A stretch of DNA of 64,000 nt from the NCBI GenBank assembly GCA_951406725.2, contig OX597833.1, positions 22,258,001 to 22,322,000 on the forward strand, written 5' to 3'. This document shows, in pieces, positions 27,429 to 40,041 of this stretch. Both the position numbers and the translations under genes were made by a program. How positions within the stretch are numbered: the first letter of the stretch is position 1; every line of letters begins with the position of its first letter. The notes beneath the pieces are model-generated. The model searched no databases, was not told the DNA's origin, and was given only the letters and a program-made list of their open reading frames with translations. Source of the DNA: Octopus vulgaris. Its lineage: Eukaryota.

Positions 27429-29039
27429 ATCTAACGCTTCTCTTTTGTTTTGATTCTTGGGTATTTCCCCGTTCATCTGTTTCCTTTCCGTATTTATTTT
27501 TCTAAGTTATTTTAGTTTCATATTCCTTTCCTCATATTAAGTTCGCTCGGTGTTCATTCATTCATTCATTTAGTTCTTTAATTAACTTCGTTCAGTGTTC
27601 TTTCATTCATTCATTCGCTGAATCTGTTCAATGTTCTTTCATTCACATTTTCTTCAGATATTTCGAACGTCAGACACACATCATTTCCTTGTTTCCTCTT
27701 ATAAATCTGATGTTTTGTCCTTGTAAACCACATTAGAAGAAGCTATTGTCATTACTATTGCTACTGTTTTAAAATTTCCTATTACAAAAGAAGATATTCA
27801 CTGCTGTTGGTGTTAATAACGTGTTGTGTTAATTTTCTGTGCGTTTGTGACTTGAGTGTCTTTTTTAGTTGCTTTCTTCCCGCTATTTCTTGTTACTAAC
27901 AACACCTCCACGTTTTCTTAAGTTTTTCTTTTTTCTTTCTCTTTTTCTTTTTCTTCTTCGTTATCATTTGTTAACAAGGTACTTTTTCCTGTTTCCATAT
28001 TTTTGTTTTTGCCATTCCACAACAAAACATGAAGAGAAGAGCAAGTAAGAAGACAAGAGATGAAGGCGATCGGCAGAATTGTGTTCCTACGTTGTACTTA
28101 CTTTTAAAAACTGACGCAAATGTCAGAACGAGACGTTTTCCTATTGAGAATGGATGTGCTACATAAAACCATGTTGTTTGTTGGTAGGAAACAGTCCTTA
28201 TCGTTGAGTTCTTCTCACCTTCTTTGGCTGTCTACATGTGTCGGTGTTGTCGTCGTGTACGTGTACGGATGATTGTATCTAAGAATATACGTATACAAGA
28301 AAGTGAGTGGGTGAGGCGGAGAGAGAGAGAGAGAGAGAAGGAGGAAGAATTCGCAGTTGTGTGCGTACGTTTACGTTCATATATGTGTGAGTACGAGCGT
28401 GTATGTGTGAATGTGTGCGTGCGTGTATGTGTGTGTGTGTGAATTGGAGTGAATGAGTAGATGAGAGATATACGGAGAAAGAGAGAGAGAGAGGAGTAAA
28501 CGATGCTTTTAATTGTGTATGAGTGTACGGAGATGTATGTGTGTGTGTGTGTGTGTATACAGAGAGAGAGAAAGGGTAATTGAGAGAGTGCAGGTGCGTA
28601 TGTGTGCGTGAGCAAGCAGAATGGGTAATATAAAGGGGGGGGGTAGGGAAGAGATTTTTATACGAGAAAGAGAGGGGGGTGCAGGAAGTGGGAGATAAAA
28701 GATTTTGTAGTAAGAGTATGCGTTTAGATGTTGTGACTGCATGTGCATGTATGTGCACATGTACATATTGGAGGCAATGCATGCGAGATGTATAACGTGT
28801 GATTTTTAGTTTGCAGTGCAGGTGTTGGTATGCAGCGTGCTAGTTATGCGTGCACGTATTGTTGCGTGCGTGTGTGTACTTGCGGGGAGTTGAACGTGTA
28901 AGCTAGTCTATGCACAAGTTTAGGATCAGTGCGCACACATACACACTGACACACACACACACACACACACACAGAGGCTTACGTATGTACGTGTATGTGT
29001 ATGTTTAGGTTGATCTTTTCTTTTTGTTCCTTCACGAGC

Positions 29040-29283
29040 CATGCCTGGCTCATAAGGACCGGTTTCCCGGTCCGTCGCAGGTGAGCTGCAGATGCAGGAG
29101 GAAAGAATAAGAGAAAGTTGTGACGAAAGAGTCAGCAGAAACCTGCCATTTACCTTCTGCCGGAACTGCGTGGAGCATAGGTATTTCGCTCATAAACACA
29201 CACATCGCTCGGCCTGAGATTCGAACCCGCGATCCCTCGACCGCGAATCCGCTGCTCTAACCACTAGGCCATGTGCCTCCACA
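29040..29283 (-). mobile_element. SINE, family C-related
   Basis: Minus head GTGGAGGCACATGGCCTAGTGGTTAGAGCAGCGG...GGTTCGAATCTC. Confidence 0.8.
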
Positions 29284-29299
29284 ATCAACCTTTAGGTTG

Positions 29300-32015
29300 A
29301 TCTAATAACTTGTTATTCTCATGTGTGACTCCAAGAAGCTGTCGTCACATCCCGACCAGCGGCTTTGATCAGAGGACTAAACCAAATGAGAAGAGCTGCC
29401 AAATCTGAAACTCTTGGTAAGACAGGACGTATCTATTCTACCTTATGAATACTGACTTCGGCAGAATGTGTGAATGAGATCAATAGTACATTTAAAACAG
29501 CTACCTCGGCAAGCATTGCGGAATGTTAAGAGTACGACGACACACAATACAAGTTTTGGTCATCCACCGCATCGAGACATACCCCCCAGCCGTCTTACCT
29601 CTGGATCAAGGTAGACTCGAAGATGAACTTAAAAGCTTAAACTGCTCCTCAATATTGTCCGGTGTGAAAGAACGGGAGGCAGCACTAAGAAATTCTCACT
29701 ACTCGATGTCACTCAAACACCTTTGTCCTAGGTTCACAAGCATCAGGACTGGTTCGATGAGAGTAATACCTAATTAAAGGTCTTACTAGACATTAAGGGC
29801 CATATTATCTGAACTCCACATGATGAAATATCGTCTCAAGCCAAAAATGATGCTTTCATTACGGTTCAGATCAGGCTTTGGCAGCAAAAAGCAAAAGGAG
29901 TTCAGTTCTGTGCAGAAAGTAACAACTAGAAATGCTTCAATAACAACTTGAGAAATCTGTCTACGAGTCACAGACTCTGGTTCACTTCTATTACTGGGCG
30001 CTGAAGGATCAGCACTGTGACAAATATGGAGATAGTCTTTGAAATATGGGTGGAGCATTGCTACTGTGTACTGAAGCATCCCTTCGCTGTCAATGAGGCA
30101 GGTACAGCAGCTTACTATAAGCAGTGACCCTACTAAAAGGGTAGTTAAAAGTCATAGATATTATAACTAGTTCCAAGGGCTGGTGGCTCTGATACCATTC
30201 CAGTCAAGACATACAAGATTGAAGATACGACATGCCTCAAGGCCCTCTGAGTCCTTCTAAATCGAACGTCAAGGAAATGTATTACCCCAGAATTTTGTAG
30301 AACCTCTACAATTGTCGATGCTATGACATCTGCCATGACGTAGCTCTGCTGTTAATCGATAGGAAGATTCTGCCATAAATAGTGTCGAATCAGTGAAGGC
30401 GCATGGCTTAGTGGTTACGCTATTCGGCTCACAACTGTAAGGTCGTGAGTTCCATTCTCAGCGGCGCGTTGCTCCAGTCCACTGAGTTGTCCCTGTAATT
30501 CAAAGGGCCAGCTTTGTCACATTCTGTGTATCACGCTGAATCTCCTTGAGAATTACGTTAAGGGTACGTGTGTCTGTGGAGTGCTCAGCACATTAATTTC
30601 ATGAGCAGGCAGTTCCGATGATCAAATCACAACAGGTACGTAGCACCTGCAATCGAAACCGACAGCCAATGTTGAACCAGTTATTTGTCCACTTTGAACA
30701 AGATTTTCTTTTTGAGAGTCAGTGTGGCATTAAAGAAGGGCACGATGTAGTTAACACGCTGCTTGCAGCTCACTAACTTCAGGAAATTTATCACAAGCAA
30801 CATCTTTTATCGACCTTATGAAGGCATTTAACATTATCAGCTGTAAAAGACTCTAGATAATCATGACCAAGTGCGGACGTCCTGACAAATATTACCTTGG
30901 TCCAGTTCCATGAGAGAATGTTCACCAGCGTAACTGGTGCTGAAGAATCAGAGGCGGCATTCTAAGTTAAAAACAGCATCGGAAATGGTTATATACTTGC
31001 ACCCGTTCTTTTTAACGTGATGTTTTGCCCATACTGATTCATGTCTTTCATGACAGTGAGGTTGAACTCACCAAATACTAATGTAGTAGCGGCAAGCTCT
31101 TCAACCTGGGGTGATTTCGGGCAGAAATTAAGGTGAAAGAGGACACTTTGCGAGTTCTTGTTTGCGAATGGATGAGCTCTCATTGCATAATCAATATCTG
31201 AGATGTAGCAACACATGGACAGGTCATCTTCTGCCTGCTGTGATTTCAGTCTTATCATCAGCACCAAGAAATCTAAAGTCGTAAACAAATTAGTCCCTCA
31301 CAACAGGTACGTAGCACCTGCAATCACTGTTGAGGTTTGGATTCTACAGACTTAACATACCCAGAAATGTTAGTTGTAGACTCGACAAATTAACAGCAGA
31401 AACTGGTTCAATCTTTGGTAGATTTTGAAACAAAAGCTGAAAGAGGAAACGTCTCCGCTTTCAAATCCAAGTTGATATTCTGCAGAAAAGTTCTGCCAAC
31501 TCTGCTTAATGCCAATGAGGCGTAGACTATTTACAATAGACACACCAAAAAGCTTAACAGAACTGGGTTTTTCTACACAAAATGTAACACATTTGTTGGC
31601 AGGACTGGATCCAAGAAACTGAGATCTTTAATCGCACGATGCTGTCTAGCGTCTACACTTTCCTATACAGACCCCAGCTACTTTGATCAATTCACAACGC
31701 CAGAACAGATTACGAACGTCTGTCGAAACGTCTTTTCTGCAAGAGTTGGTATAGGGGAAAACGGTTGACAGCCAAACGCGACAAAGATTTTGAAAGGCCT
31801 CCTTAAAATCCAGAGCCATATTAATAAGATTTACTGCTGTACTCTTATCAGTAAAGCTATCGTAGAAGCCTGACAAACGAAGATAAAAAAAGCCGAGCTG
31901 AAGAGGGAGCTACAAAAATATATAGCTGCCGGTGCATCAGCATGGAAATCCGATTACTTGTCTGCCCAACGTGCAACAGAACATTGAACTTGTCAGCCAC
32001 TCTTGAACCCTGCGA
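29300..32015 (+). pseudogene. Highly degenerate RTE (BovB-like) LINE, interrupted by a SINE at about 30395-30626
   Basis: Remnants WQQKAKGVQFCA, LAPVLFN, EFLFANG*AL (cf. FADDCAL), FSLIISTKKSKV and terminal CPTCNRT..LVSH. Many stops and frameshifts; boundaries approximate. Confidence 0.7.
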
Positions 32016-32257
32016 TCTGAGTTCTTCTAACCCTTGACTGATGGATGACCCATGGATGGACAGACGGCTGGCTGGCTGGCTGGCTAGATGGATGTATGGA
32101 GGGATGGATGGATGAAGCTAATGATGACGATGGTTGTTCACTGATGTTCGAAAAAGACCATGACTAACAATAGGATAGCCAGTAATGCCCATGCAAAATC
32201 CCAGGTCTAGTAAGACTTGCACATCTCGTAGACCTTCCTCGTTATATCAGAATGATA

Positions 32258-32479
32258 AGGCGCCGAGCTTGCAGAAACGTTAGCACGCCGGGCGAAATGC
32301 GTAGCCGTATTTCGTCTGTCTTTATGTTATGAGCTCAAATTCCGCCGAGGTCGACTTTGCCTTTCGTCCTTTCGGGGTCGATAAATTAAGTACCAGTTAC
32401 GCACTGGGGTCGATATAATCGACTTAATCCGTTTGTCTGTCCGCTCTGTGTTTAGCCCTTTGTGGGTAATAAAGAAACA
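32258..32479 (+). mobile_element. SINE family B, full length
   Basis: Head AGGCGCCGAGCTTGCAGAAACG. TSD TATATCAG(A/C)ATGATA at 32243-32257 and 32480-32494. Confidence 0.85.
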
Positions 32480-32494
32480 TATATCAGCATGATA

Positions 32495-32715
32495 CATCAT
32501 CATTTCCTGCTATTTCCGCCTGCGGCAGAATGCGCACCAACATGAGATAGTTGCCTCCACAGTATTCAATCTTTTGGCAAGAGCGTTCGGGGGGGATTAT
32601 GTCAAGACCAGTCCATGCTGTGATGTTTTTTCTCCATCTCTTAGGTTGCGGACTTCTGTTTCTCTTTCCCTTAATCATGCCTTCCAAACAGGCCTTGCTG
32701 AAGTCATAAACCATT
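32495..32715 (-). pseudogene. 3' end of an RTE/RTE-X LINE ORF
   Basis: CLEGMIKGKRNRSPQPKRWRKNITAWTG matches the RTE C-terminal pattern LEG-GKR-RGR-RW-D-I--WTG. Confidence 0.7.
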
Positions 32716-33937
32716 GGCAGAGTGTGGCCAAGCAACTCAAGTACTTTGTTTTCCATGACAGCGGTGACTGCATGATACGAAAAACAACCGAAGCAAGATG
32801 TCTGGTGTACAATAGAAGTTGCAGGCTCGGACGTGTACCGAAAATAACCAAAATTATCGAAATCATCACCTCCACAACGGGTTCTATATCAAAGTAACCT
32901 AATAGATACATACTTTAAAGAAAGCTAAGGAAAGCCTCACTCTAAGTGGTCTTAGAATGGATGGACACTATCCCAGAATTTCTAAGTCCATGCACATGAA
33001 TGAATACATAAATAGATACGTGCAAACATACATAAAGACATACAAATAAACGTAAATATATACAGAAGTGTGTGTGTGCGCGCGTTGATAAATTATTTTC
33101 AATCCATGTGGTTGCCGAATGTTTCATATTGTCTACTTTTAAGCCGAACATCGTCAGACTTCTGGACATTAACTAAGTAATACGTCGTTGAACATAAAGA
33201 GAAGTTCTATTCACTTCCGTTTGGCGTATTTAAAGCATCCAGGCAAAAACTCAGTTTGTTAAGTTAAAAAATTATGTTCAAAAGGAGATGAATGAAAAAT
33301 TAATTAAAGGAGTTACATCACTTACAAGAATTGAATCTTTTAAAATGTAAAACGAAATAATTAAGAGAATTGTATAAAGAACCAAAATTTTACAGCTCGA
33401 TAAAAAAAACTGGATAAGTATGAAGCTACTGTTTGATAATAAGTTAACGAAAAACCAAAAACATTACGGGCTTGGTAGTTTTTGATACATGTAGCACAAT
33501 TAGACATATGCATAGCTCTAAAGTTCTGCATACATGGACTCATCTCTCCACTAATATAAAAGCGCAATTTTTAATTCTTAATGGTTGCGGTAGTTACGTG
33601 AGATGAATTTATAGCGGACTCTCTCTTTGTGATATATACATGAGTACGGTCGTTCTTACAAATGGTGACCGCTCAACGTGATGTCGAACACGCAGCCTCA
33701 CGTTCACACGGACGTCTACGAAATGGTGACTCTTTTCTGATAGTTCAGTGCCACCTTCCTTTCACTTTAATGACCAACCGCTCTTTATAATTTCACCTCT
33801 TTGCTACAGATATGTCTACTTTTATCGTCTCTTTTGTTCTTCTACAAAATGACTAGGGTGGGGAGGCTATCTGTAGCGGACTCTCTCTCTCTCTCACTGT
33901 TATAGATACATGAGTACGGTCGTTCTTACAAATTTAT

Positions 33938-34940
33938 CTACGAGTCTACATTTCCTGGACTCAGAGTCAAATATAATCCTGGTCGTAGAGACTTTTTCGG
34001 GAACAACCTTTTCAGTTCGGTTCGTAGAGCTGATGTTTTTATAAAGCGTTGATATTGTAGTTCAAAACGTTTTTCTTTAATCAATAGACATAACTTGAGT
34101 GTCTTGATGCTTTTTTCATTTGTCAACGTTTGAGAATAAAGAAGTGATAAAATCTCTCCTTGAATTTCCCGTCTGTCATATCTTATAGGGTGTTTAGTAC
34201 TATCAAGATTCAGAAAGTTTGAGTTAACTTTGGTTTCGTATATAATCGTTTCTGGATTACAGATCCATTCAGTGGGTTTGTATGTATTTCTATATGAGCA
34301 ATCGACCTCAAAAGATGCGGTAGGTTTATGATATATAATATTCTCCATATTAGCTGGATAGCTAAAACTTACGTTATTAGTTGTCTGTTGAATAGTTTCG
34401 TATATCAATAGCTAATGGGGAAGTGTTTATCGATTTAATTTAGAAAGGTTTCTGCTATATTGAACTGAACGTTTAACGAGTAGGCGTGTAAACTAAATGA
34501 TATTACAATACCTCTTCTATTCGGGGGGATCCTGGATTAGAGATACACATGATCTTATCTTTGAATCTATTCATTTCTAATGTGTCATTGTAGTAAGGGG
34601 CTTCCTTGACAAAGATCTCATTCATAAAGTGTAGATTTTAAATCCTACTTTCATAGGTAGGTAGAATAAAACCTGACCCTGTCTTTACATGAAATTTCCG
34701 TTTGGTTTCTAAACGGTTTGTATGAAATAGTATTTACACCTTCAATAACATCCAGGAAATCAATTATGGTTAACTTTGTTGCTATGGAGATTCTAAGGCC
34801 AGAAGTACTAAATGCTTAGAGGGTATCCATTTTTAGTGTATTTGGCATATGCCCTCTAGCTGTCTTTTCATCTTTGTAAAAACCAAACTTCATAGAAATA
34901 AACTTTCTGTTTAATATATCCAAGATATACCACCCTGTAA
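33938..34940 (-). pseudogene. Degenerate Penelope-like element (RT C-terminus to GIY-YIG), different lineage from 21980
   Basis: Minus translation FGFYKDE...GLRISIATKLTIIDFLDV...SYKPFR...EAPYYNDTL...YSLNVQFNIAETFLN*IDKHFP...KLFNR..FSYPANMENII...ETIIYETKV follows the PLE RT/thumb/linker order. Confidence 0.75.
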
Positions 34941-35019
34941 GAGTGTATCAGAAACATATATTCATAAATGCTGATAGTGAAGCATGTAAATATCTAATTA
35001 TTGCTTGGGAAAACATGTA

Positions 35020-35050
<31 letters not shown>

Positions 35051-35189
35051 GCAAGAGTGTATACACACACATGCATAGATGCATGTATATACTTACATAC
35101 ATGCATTTATGCATGCAATTCTTCCTCTTTCAAATGTTGTAAACAACCCAGCCACTACAAGAAACTTTTTCTTAGCTTGTGAGATGCAA

Positions 35190-35800
35190 AACTTCAGGAT
35201 AGTGACTATCAGCACGATCAAAAGTAGGTCTGGAAATATTGTAAAGATGTTATCCTGGAGATGATTAGATATGTACTGTGTACCAGAACCAGGGTGGAGG
35301 GGAATCTTTACCAGATTCTTTGCCATGGTCAAAGAACACATATACAAATTCTATTGAGTGGAAAACATTTGCTAGACTGAATAGTTAAGGCATTTTGTTG
35401 GTGGAGAAATGAAGTAAATGAGTTAGTCTGAGTATGTGAGAGAGTAATTAAGCTTAGACTAGTCATAGGCAACACAACGGAAATAGTGATCTCTGCCTAT
35501 GCACCTTAACTGGAACAGACAGGTGAGCAAAAGGACCATGTCTATGAGGCTATTTTATACAATTCCCTAATCATTTGGAACACTAACTTCATGTAAACTA
35601 CACTTACTTGATCATTCACCATTCAGGTGAGCATGCAAGCCAGGTAGACCTCATGCTCTTTATTAAGTGAAATAGACAGCTGCTCGTTAACGCTAAGTCT
35701 TTCCCCTGTGAAGGATGAGCTGTTCGACATAGACTAGGGATTAGTGACATCAGTGTAAGAACTCGACAGATCCAGAGACACCAAGTAATCTGCATTTAAA
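35190..35800 (+). pseudogene. Degenerate RTE LINE AP-endonuclease region
   Basis: ISTIKSRSGNIVKML...PGWRG...KEHIYKFY...ISAYAP...NTNF...SQVDL...LLVNAKSFP..RHRLGISD follows APE motif order, with stops. Confidence 0.7.
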
Positions 35801-36872
35801 GTGATCCTTTTTCCTACAACTCCAGTTGATATGTATGTTTGTGTACATCTTATGTGTGCGTATATCTTTATGTGTAAACATCTGGAATGGATGTAAACAT
35901 TTATGAGAAAAGCAAAATCAAATGAAATCCTGTGCACACACACACACATGCATATGCACACACATGCATGTGCACACACACACACGTGCACAGGCACGTG
36001 CATGCTATCGGTTATGATGACAAGGGTTCCAGTTGAGTCAATCAACGAAACAATCTGCTTGTGGAATTAATGTGCAGGTGACCGAGTGCTCCACAGACAC
36101 ATAGTTCTCAGGGAGATTCATCAAGACACTGAGTGTGTCCCTTTAAAATACAGGTGCTACGCATTTTTGGCAGCTAATGAACTGAAGCAATGGGAAATAA
36201 AGCATCTTGCTCAAGGACACAACACACTACCTGGAACCGATACCACGACCTTACAGTCATAAGGTGAAAACCCTAACCCCTAAGCCATGCACCTTCACTC
36301 CACACACTCTCACACATAAATTCCATTGCACCCATCTCTCCATACCTTGGGTCTATTTAGAGACACTCTCAACTCCCAAGCACACTCAAACATAATTTTC
36401 TGTACAGCTCACACTCACACTCACACTCAACATCCAATAAGGTTCTCACTCAAGTTTCCAACCAACTCAACAATTGCTTTCTACACTTATTAATTACTAT
36501 ACTGTTCAATCTCTCTCTCTCTCTCTCTCCCATTTCCCCCTCTCTTCTTTCTATCTTTACTGCTTTTCTCTTTCTTATACACACACACACACACACATAC
36601 ATCCTGCTCTCCATCCTCACTCTCTTCTTAATCTAGTTATGTGTTCTTGCTCTCCTAACTCACTCTTACTGTTTTCCTCTCCAGTTTCTGACTCATATCA
36701 CCTCTCTCTCCCCTTTCTCTCTCCCTCTTTCTCTCCTTCTTTTTCATCCTCTCTTTCTCCCCCTCTCTCTCTCTCCATCTGTCTCTTTCTTTCACAGTAT
36801 AATTACTCTTTGCTCTTACTCCTCCTCTTCCACTGCCTTCTGTTCAAACACAAACTCCAACACACACACACG

Positions 36873-36929
<57 letters not shown>

Positions 36930-37004
36930 ATACTCAAACATAACATTCCATATAACCTATCAGTCTATGAATGGATTTCAAGACCATTCAGATCATTGTG
37001 CAGC

Positions 37005-37095
37005 TCCACACCACCACCACCACCACCGCCACCACCACCACCACCACCACCACCGCTGCCGCCACCACCACCACCACCACCGTCCTCACCACTGC
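37005..37095. repeat. (CCA)n trinucleotide repeat
   Basis: Directly visible; it produces the poly-Pro in ORF 36474-37127. Confidence 0.95.
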
Positions 37096-37241
37096 AACCT
37101 CCTGTGATGTCACATGGTCTACTGTGATATCATAACATCACTGATGTCTACTCAACCATGTCTCTGTCCCTGTCTACTTATGCCTTGATGTCTGTCTGTT
37201 TGTCTTATTTATTCATGTCAAAGCAGTCTCTCTCTTTCACG

Positions 37242-37298
<57 letters not shown>

Positions 37299-37705
37299 AT
37301 GTAATCAGATAGGATATATATATCCTATCTGCTTTATTCTGTGATGGTATTAGCTGTGTGTGTATGTGCGTATGTGTGTGTGTGCTCATGTGTGTGTGTG
37401 TGTGTGTGTGTGTGTGCTTATGTGTATATGTATACCATAGACACATGTGTGGCTGTGTGGTAAGAAGTTTGCTTCCCAACCACATGGTTTCAGGTACGGT
37501 CCCACTATGTGGCAACTTGAGTAAGTGTCTTTTACTATGTCCTTGGGCTGACCAAAGCCTTGTGAAGGAATATGACAGATGGAAACTGAAAGAAACCCAT
37601 CATGCACATAGACATCCATATACATATACATACGCACAAATAAGCACAAAAATATGCAAAACAAGGCAGAAAGAAAATAGTACTCGAATACCAAAGGTAG
37701 AGTAA

Positions 37706-37880
37706 TATGCCTTTATTAAAGCTGCAAATTTTTCATGAAACTGTTACTCAGACTCTCACATTTCTGTTCATTGGACAGTTGTGATGAATGCACAATATTC
37801 ATCACAATTGTCCGACGAATGGGAATGTGAAACTCTGACTAACAGTCTTGTGAAAATGTTGTATCTTTAATAAAAGTATA
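37706..37880. repeat. Foldback with a hammerhead-like motif in each arm (inverted pLTR-like)
   Basis: Arms of about 84 bp around a short loop near 37790-37796. Motifs at 37807-37846 (+) and 37740-37779 (-), each followed by AATAAA. Confidence 0.75.
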
Positions 37881-37889
37881 CACATACAC

Positions 37890-38045
37890 AGGAGTGGCTG
37901 TGTGGTAAGTAGCTTGCTAACCAACCACATGGTTCCGGGTTCAGTCCCACTGCGTGGCATCTTGGGCAAGTGTCTTCTGCTATAGCCCTGGGCTGACCAA
38001 TACCTTGTGAGTGGATTTGGTAGACGGAAACTGAGAGAAGCCTGT

Positions 38046-38080
<35 letters not shown>

Positions 38081-38295
38081 GTGTATTTGTGTGTCTGTGT
38101 TTGTCCCCCTAGCATTGCTTGACAACCGATGCTGGTGTGTTTACGTCCCCGTCACTTAGCGGTTCGGCAAAAGAGACCGATAGAATAAGTACTGGGCTTA
38201 CAAAGAATAAGTTCCGGGGTCGATTTGCTCGACTAAAGGCAGTGCTCCAGCATGGCCGCAGTCAAATGACTGAAACAAGTAAAAGAGTAAAAGAG
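37890..38295 (+). mobile_element. SINE family A, full length, young
   Basis: Complete head, CORE-like box, internal microsatellite and (TAAAAGAG)n tail. Further copies at 50268-50743 (+), 54305-54702 (+) and 59212-59600 (-). Confidence 0.9.
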
Positions 38296-38310
38296 TATAC
38301 ATATATACAT

Positions 38311-38354
<44 letters not shown>

Positions 38355-38617
38355 ATGTATGTATGTATGTATATCTATCTATCTATCTATATATATATAT
38401 ATATATGTATATAATGGGTTGTCCTAAAAATAAGAAATAAGTGGTAATTTTACTGGTGAGTGTGTTACATTATAAGGCACAAAAAGAAAATGACTCTCCC
38501 CAGACACAACAGAATATCTCCAATCACTTCACATTGATTTAACAAAGAGGAGATAATTCAGATGATCAAATAAAATGAATGCTCATCAATGAAACATGAT
38601 GCTCACATTTCTCTCTC

Positions 38618-38676
<59 letters not shown>

Positions 38677-39997
38677 GTAGCAAATTGAGAGAGTCATTAG
38701 AGCATTGGGTAGAATATTTTGTTGTTTACATTTCAGCTTTCAGCAGTTTGAGTTCAAATCCCACCAAAACTGACTTTACCTTTCATCCCTTTGTGGGTTG
38801 ATAAATAAAGTACTCATCTTGTGCTGGTGTCAGTTGTTCTCTCTCACACACACTTTCTTTCTTTCTCTCTCTCTCTCTCTCATTCTCACTTTCTCTATTG
38901 GTTTTTCTCTGGATGAAACTGACTATGGTCAAACCTGGAAAGGGATGGCATGGAGGTGGGGCAGTTACCCTGGGTTTAAATACTCAAGACATACTGTATG
39001 TCACAATGGTACCCCTACAACTTTATCGTGAATTGAGGATTCAAGGCAAAGCAAAGCATATGTGTGTGTGTACATGTGCATGTGTATGCATGTATGTACA
39101 TGTGTGTGCATTGTGTAAATGCATACATGTATATAAGTGTTTGTGCATATGTATGTGTGTGCAAGTGTCCACATGTACAAGTAAACATGTGTATGCATAT
39201 GTATACTATACATGTATGTATATGTATGGGGAATGCTTGCATTTGTGAATGTGTATACATGTGTACATGTTCATGTTTATATGCGTTTATGTGCATGTGT
39301 GCATTAAACTGGTGTGTAAACATATATAAACATATGCATGTGAATGAGTGCATATATACATGTGGATGCATGTTCATGCATGTTTGTGTGTTGTGTTAAT
39401 CTTAACATGCATAAATGTAAGTAGGTGTGCATACATGTGTATAGATAGATATGTGTGTCTATATCTATGTATAGATGTGTGTGCTCATGCGTGTATGTAT
39501 ATGTACAGATGTGTGTGTGTGTATGTGTACTCATGTGAATGTGTAGAAGTTCAGCTTGTTTGTTTTGTTACAGTGTATGTGTGTGTGAGAAGGAAGAATG
39601 GGATGGAGAAGTAGAGAAAGAGAGAGTGTGTGTGAAAATATGCGTGTGTACATGTATGCATGTTTGTGTATGTGGTTTGCCCATCTCATCTGTCTGTCCT
39701 ATTCCGTATGTGTGTACTTGTGTGTGAATGCATATGTGAGTGTCCAGCTTGTTAGCTAAGTTGCGTGCTTGTGTAGGGAAGACAGAGAGAGAGAGAGCAG
39801 AGCAGAGAAAGAGAGCAGAGACAGCGTGGGTCAGAGAGAGAGAGAGAGAGTAACAGAGAGATAGAGAGCAAGAGAGAGAGCAAGAGAGAGAGAGAGAGTA
39901 ACAGAGAGAGAGAGAGAGCAACAGAGAGAGAGAGAGCAACAGAGAGAGAGCAACAGAGAGAGAGCAACAAAGAGAGAGAGAGCAACTGAGAGAGACA

Positions 39998-40041
<44 letters not shown>

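Noticed and set aside
33938-34408. Possible viral/Polinton or orphan gene
   Set aside because: Upstream frames show Penelope RT/linker motifs, so it is a decayed PLE.
36474-37127. 217-aa ORF ending in poly-proline (formin/WASP-like)
   Set aside because: Built from CT, CA and CCA repeats, with no domain context or convincing splice sites.
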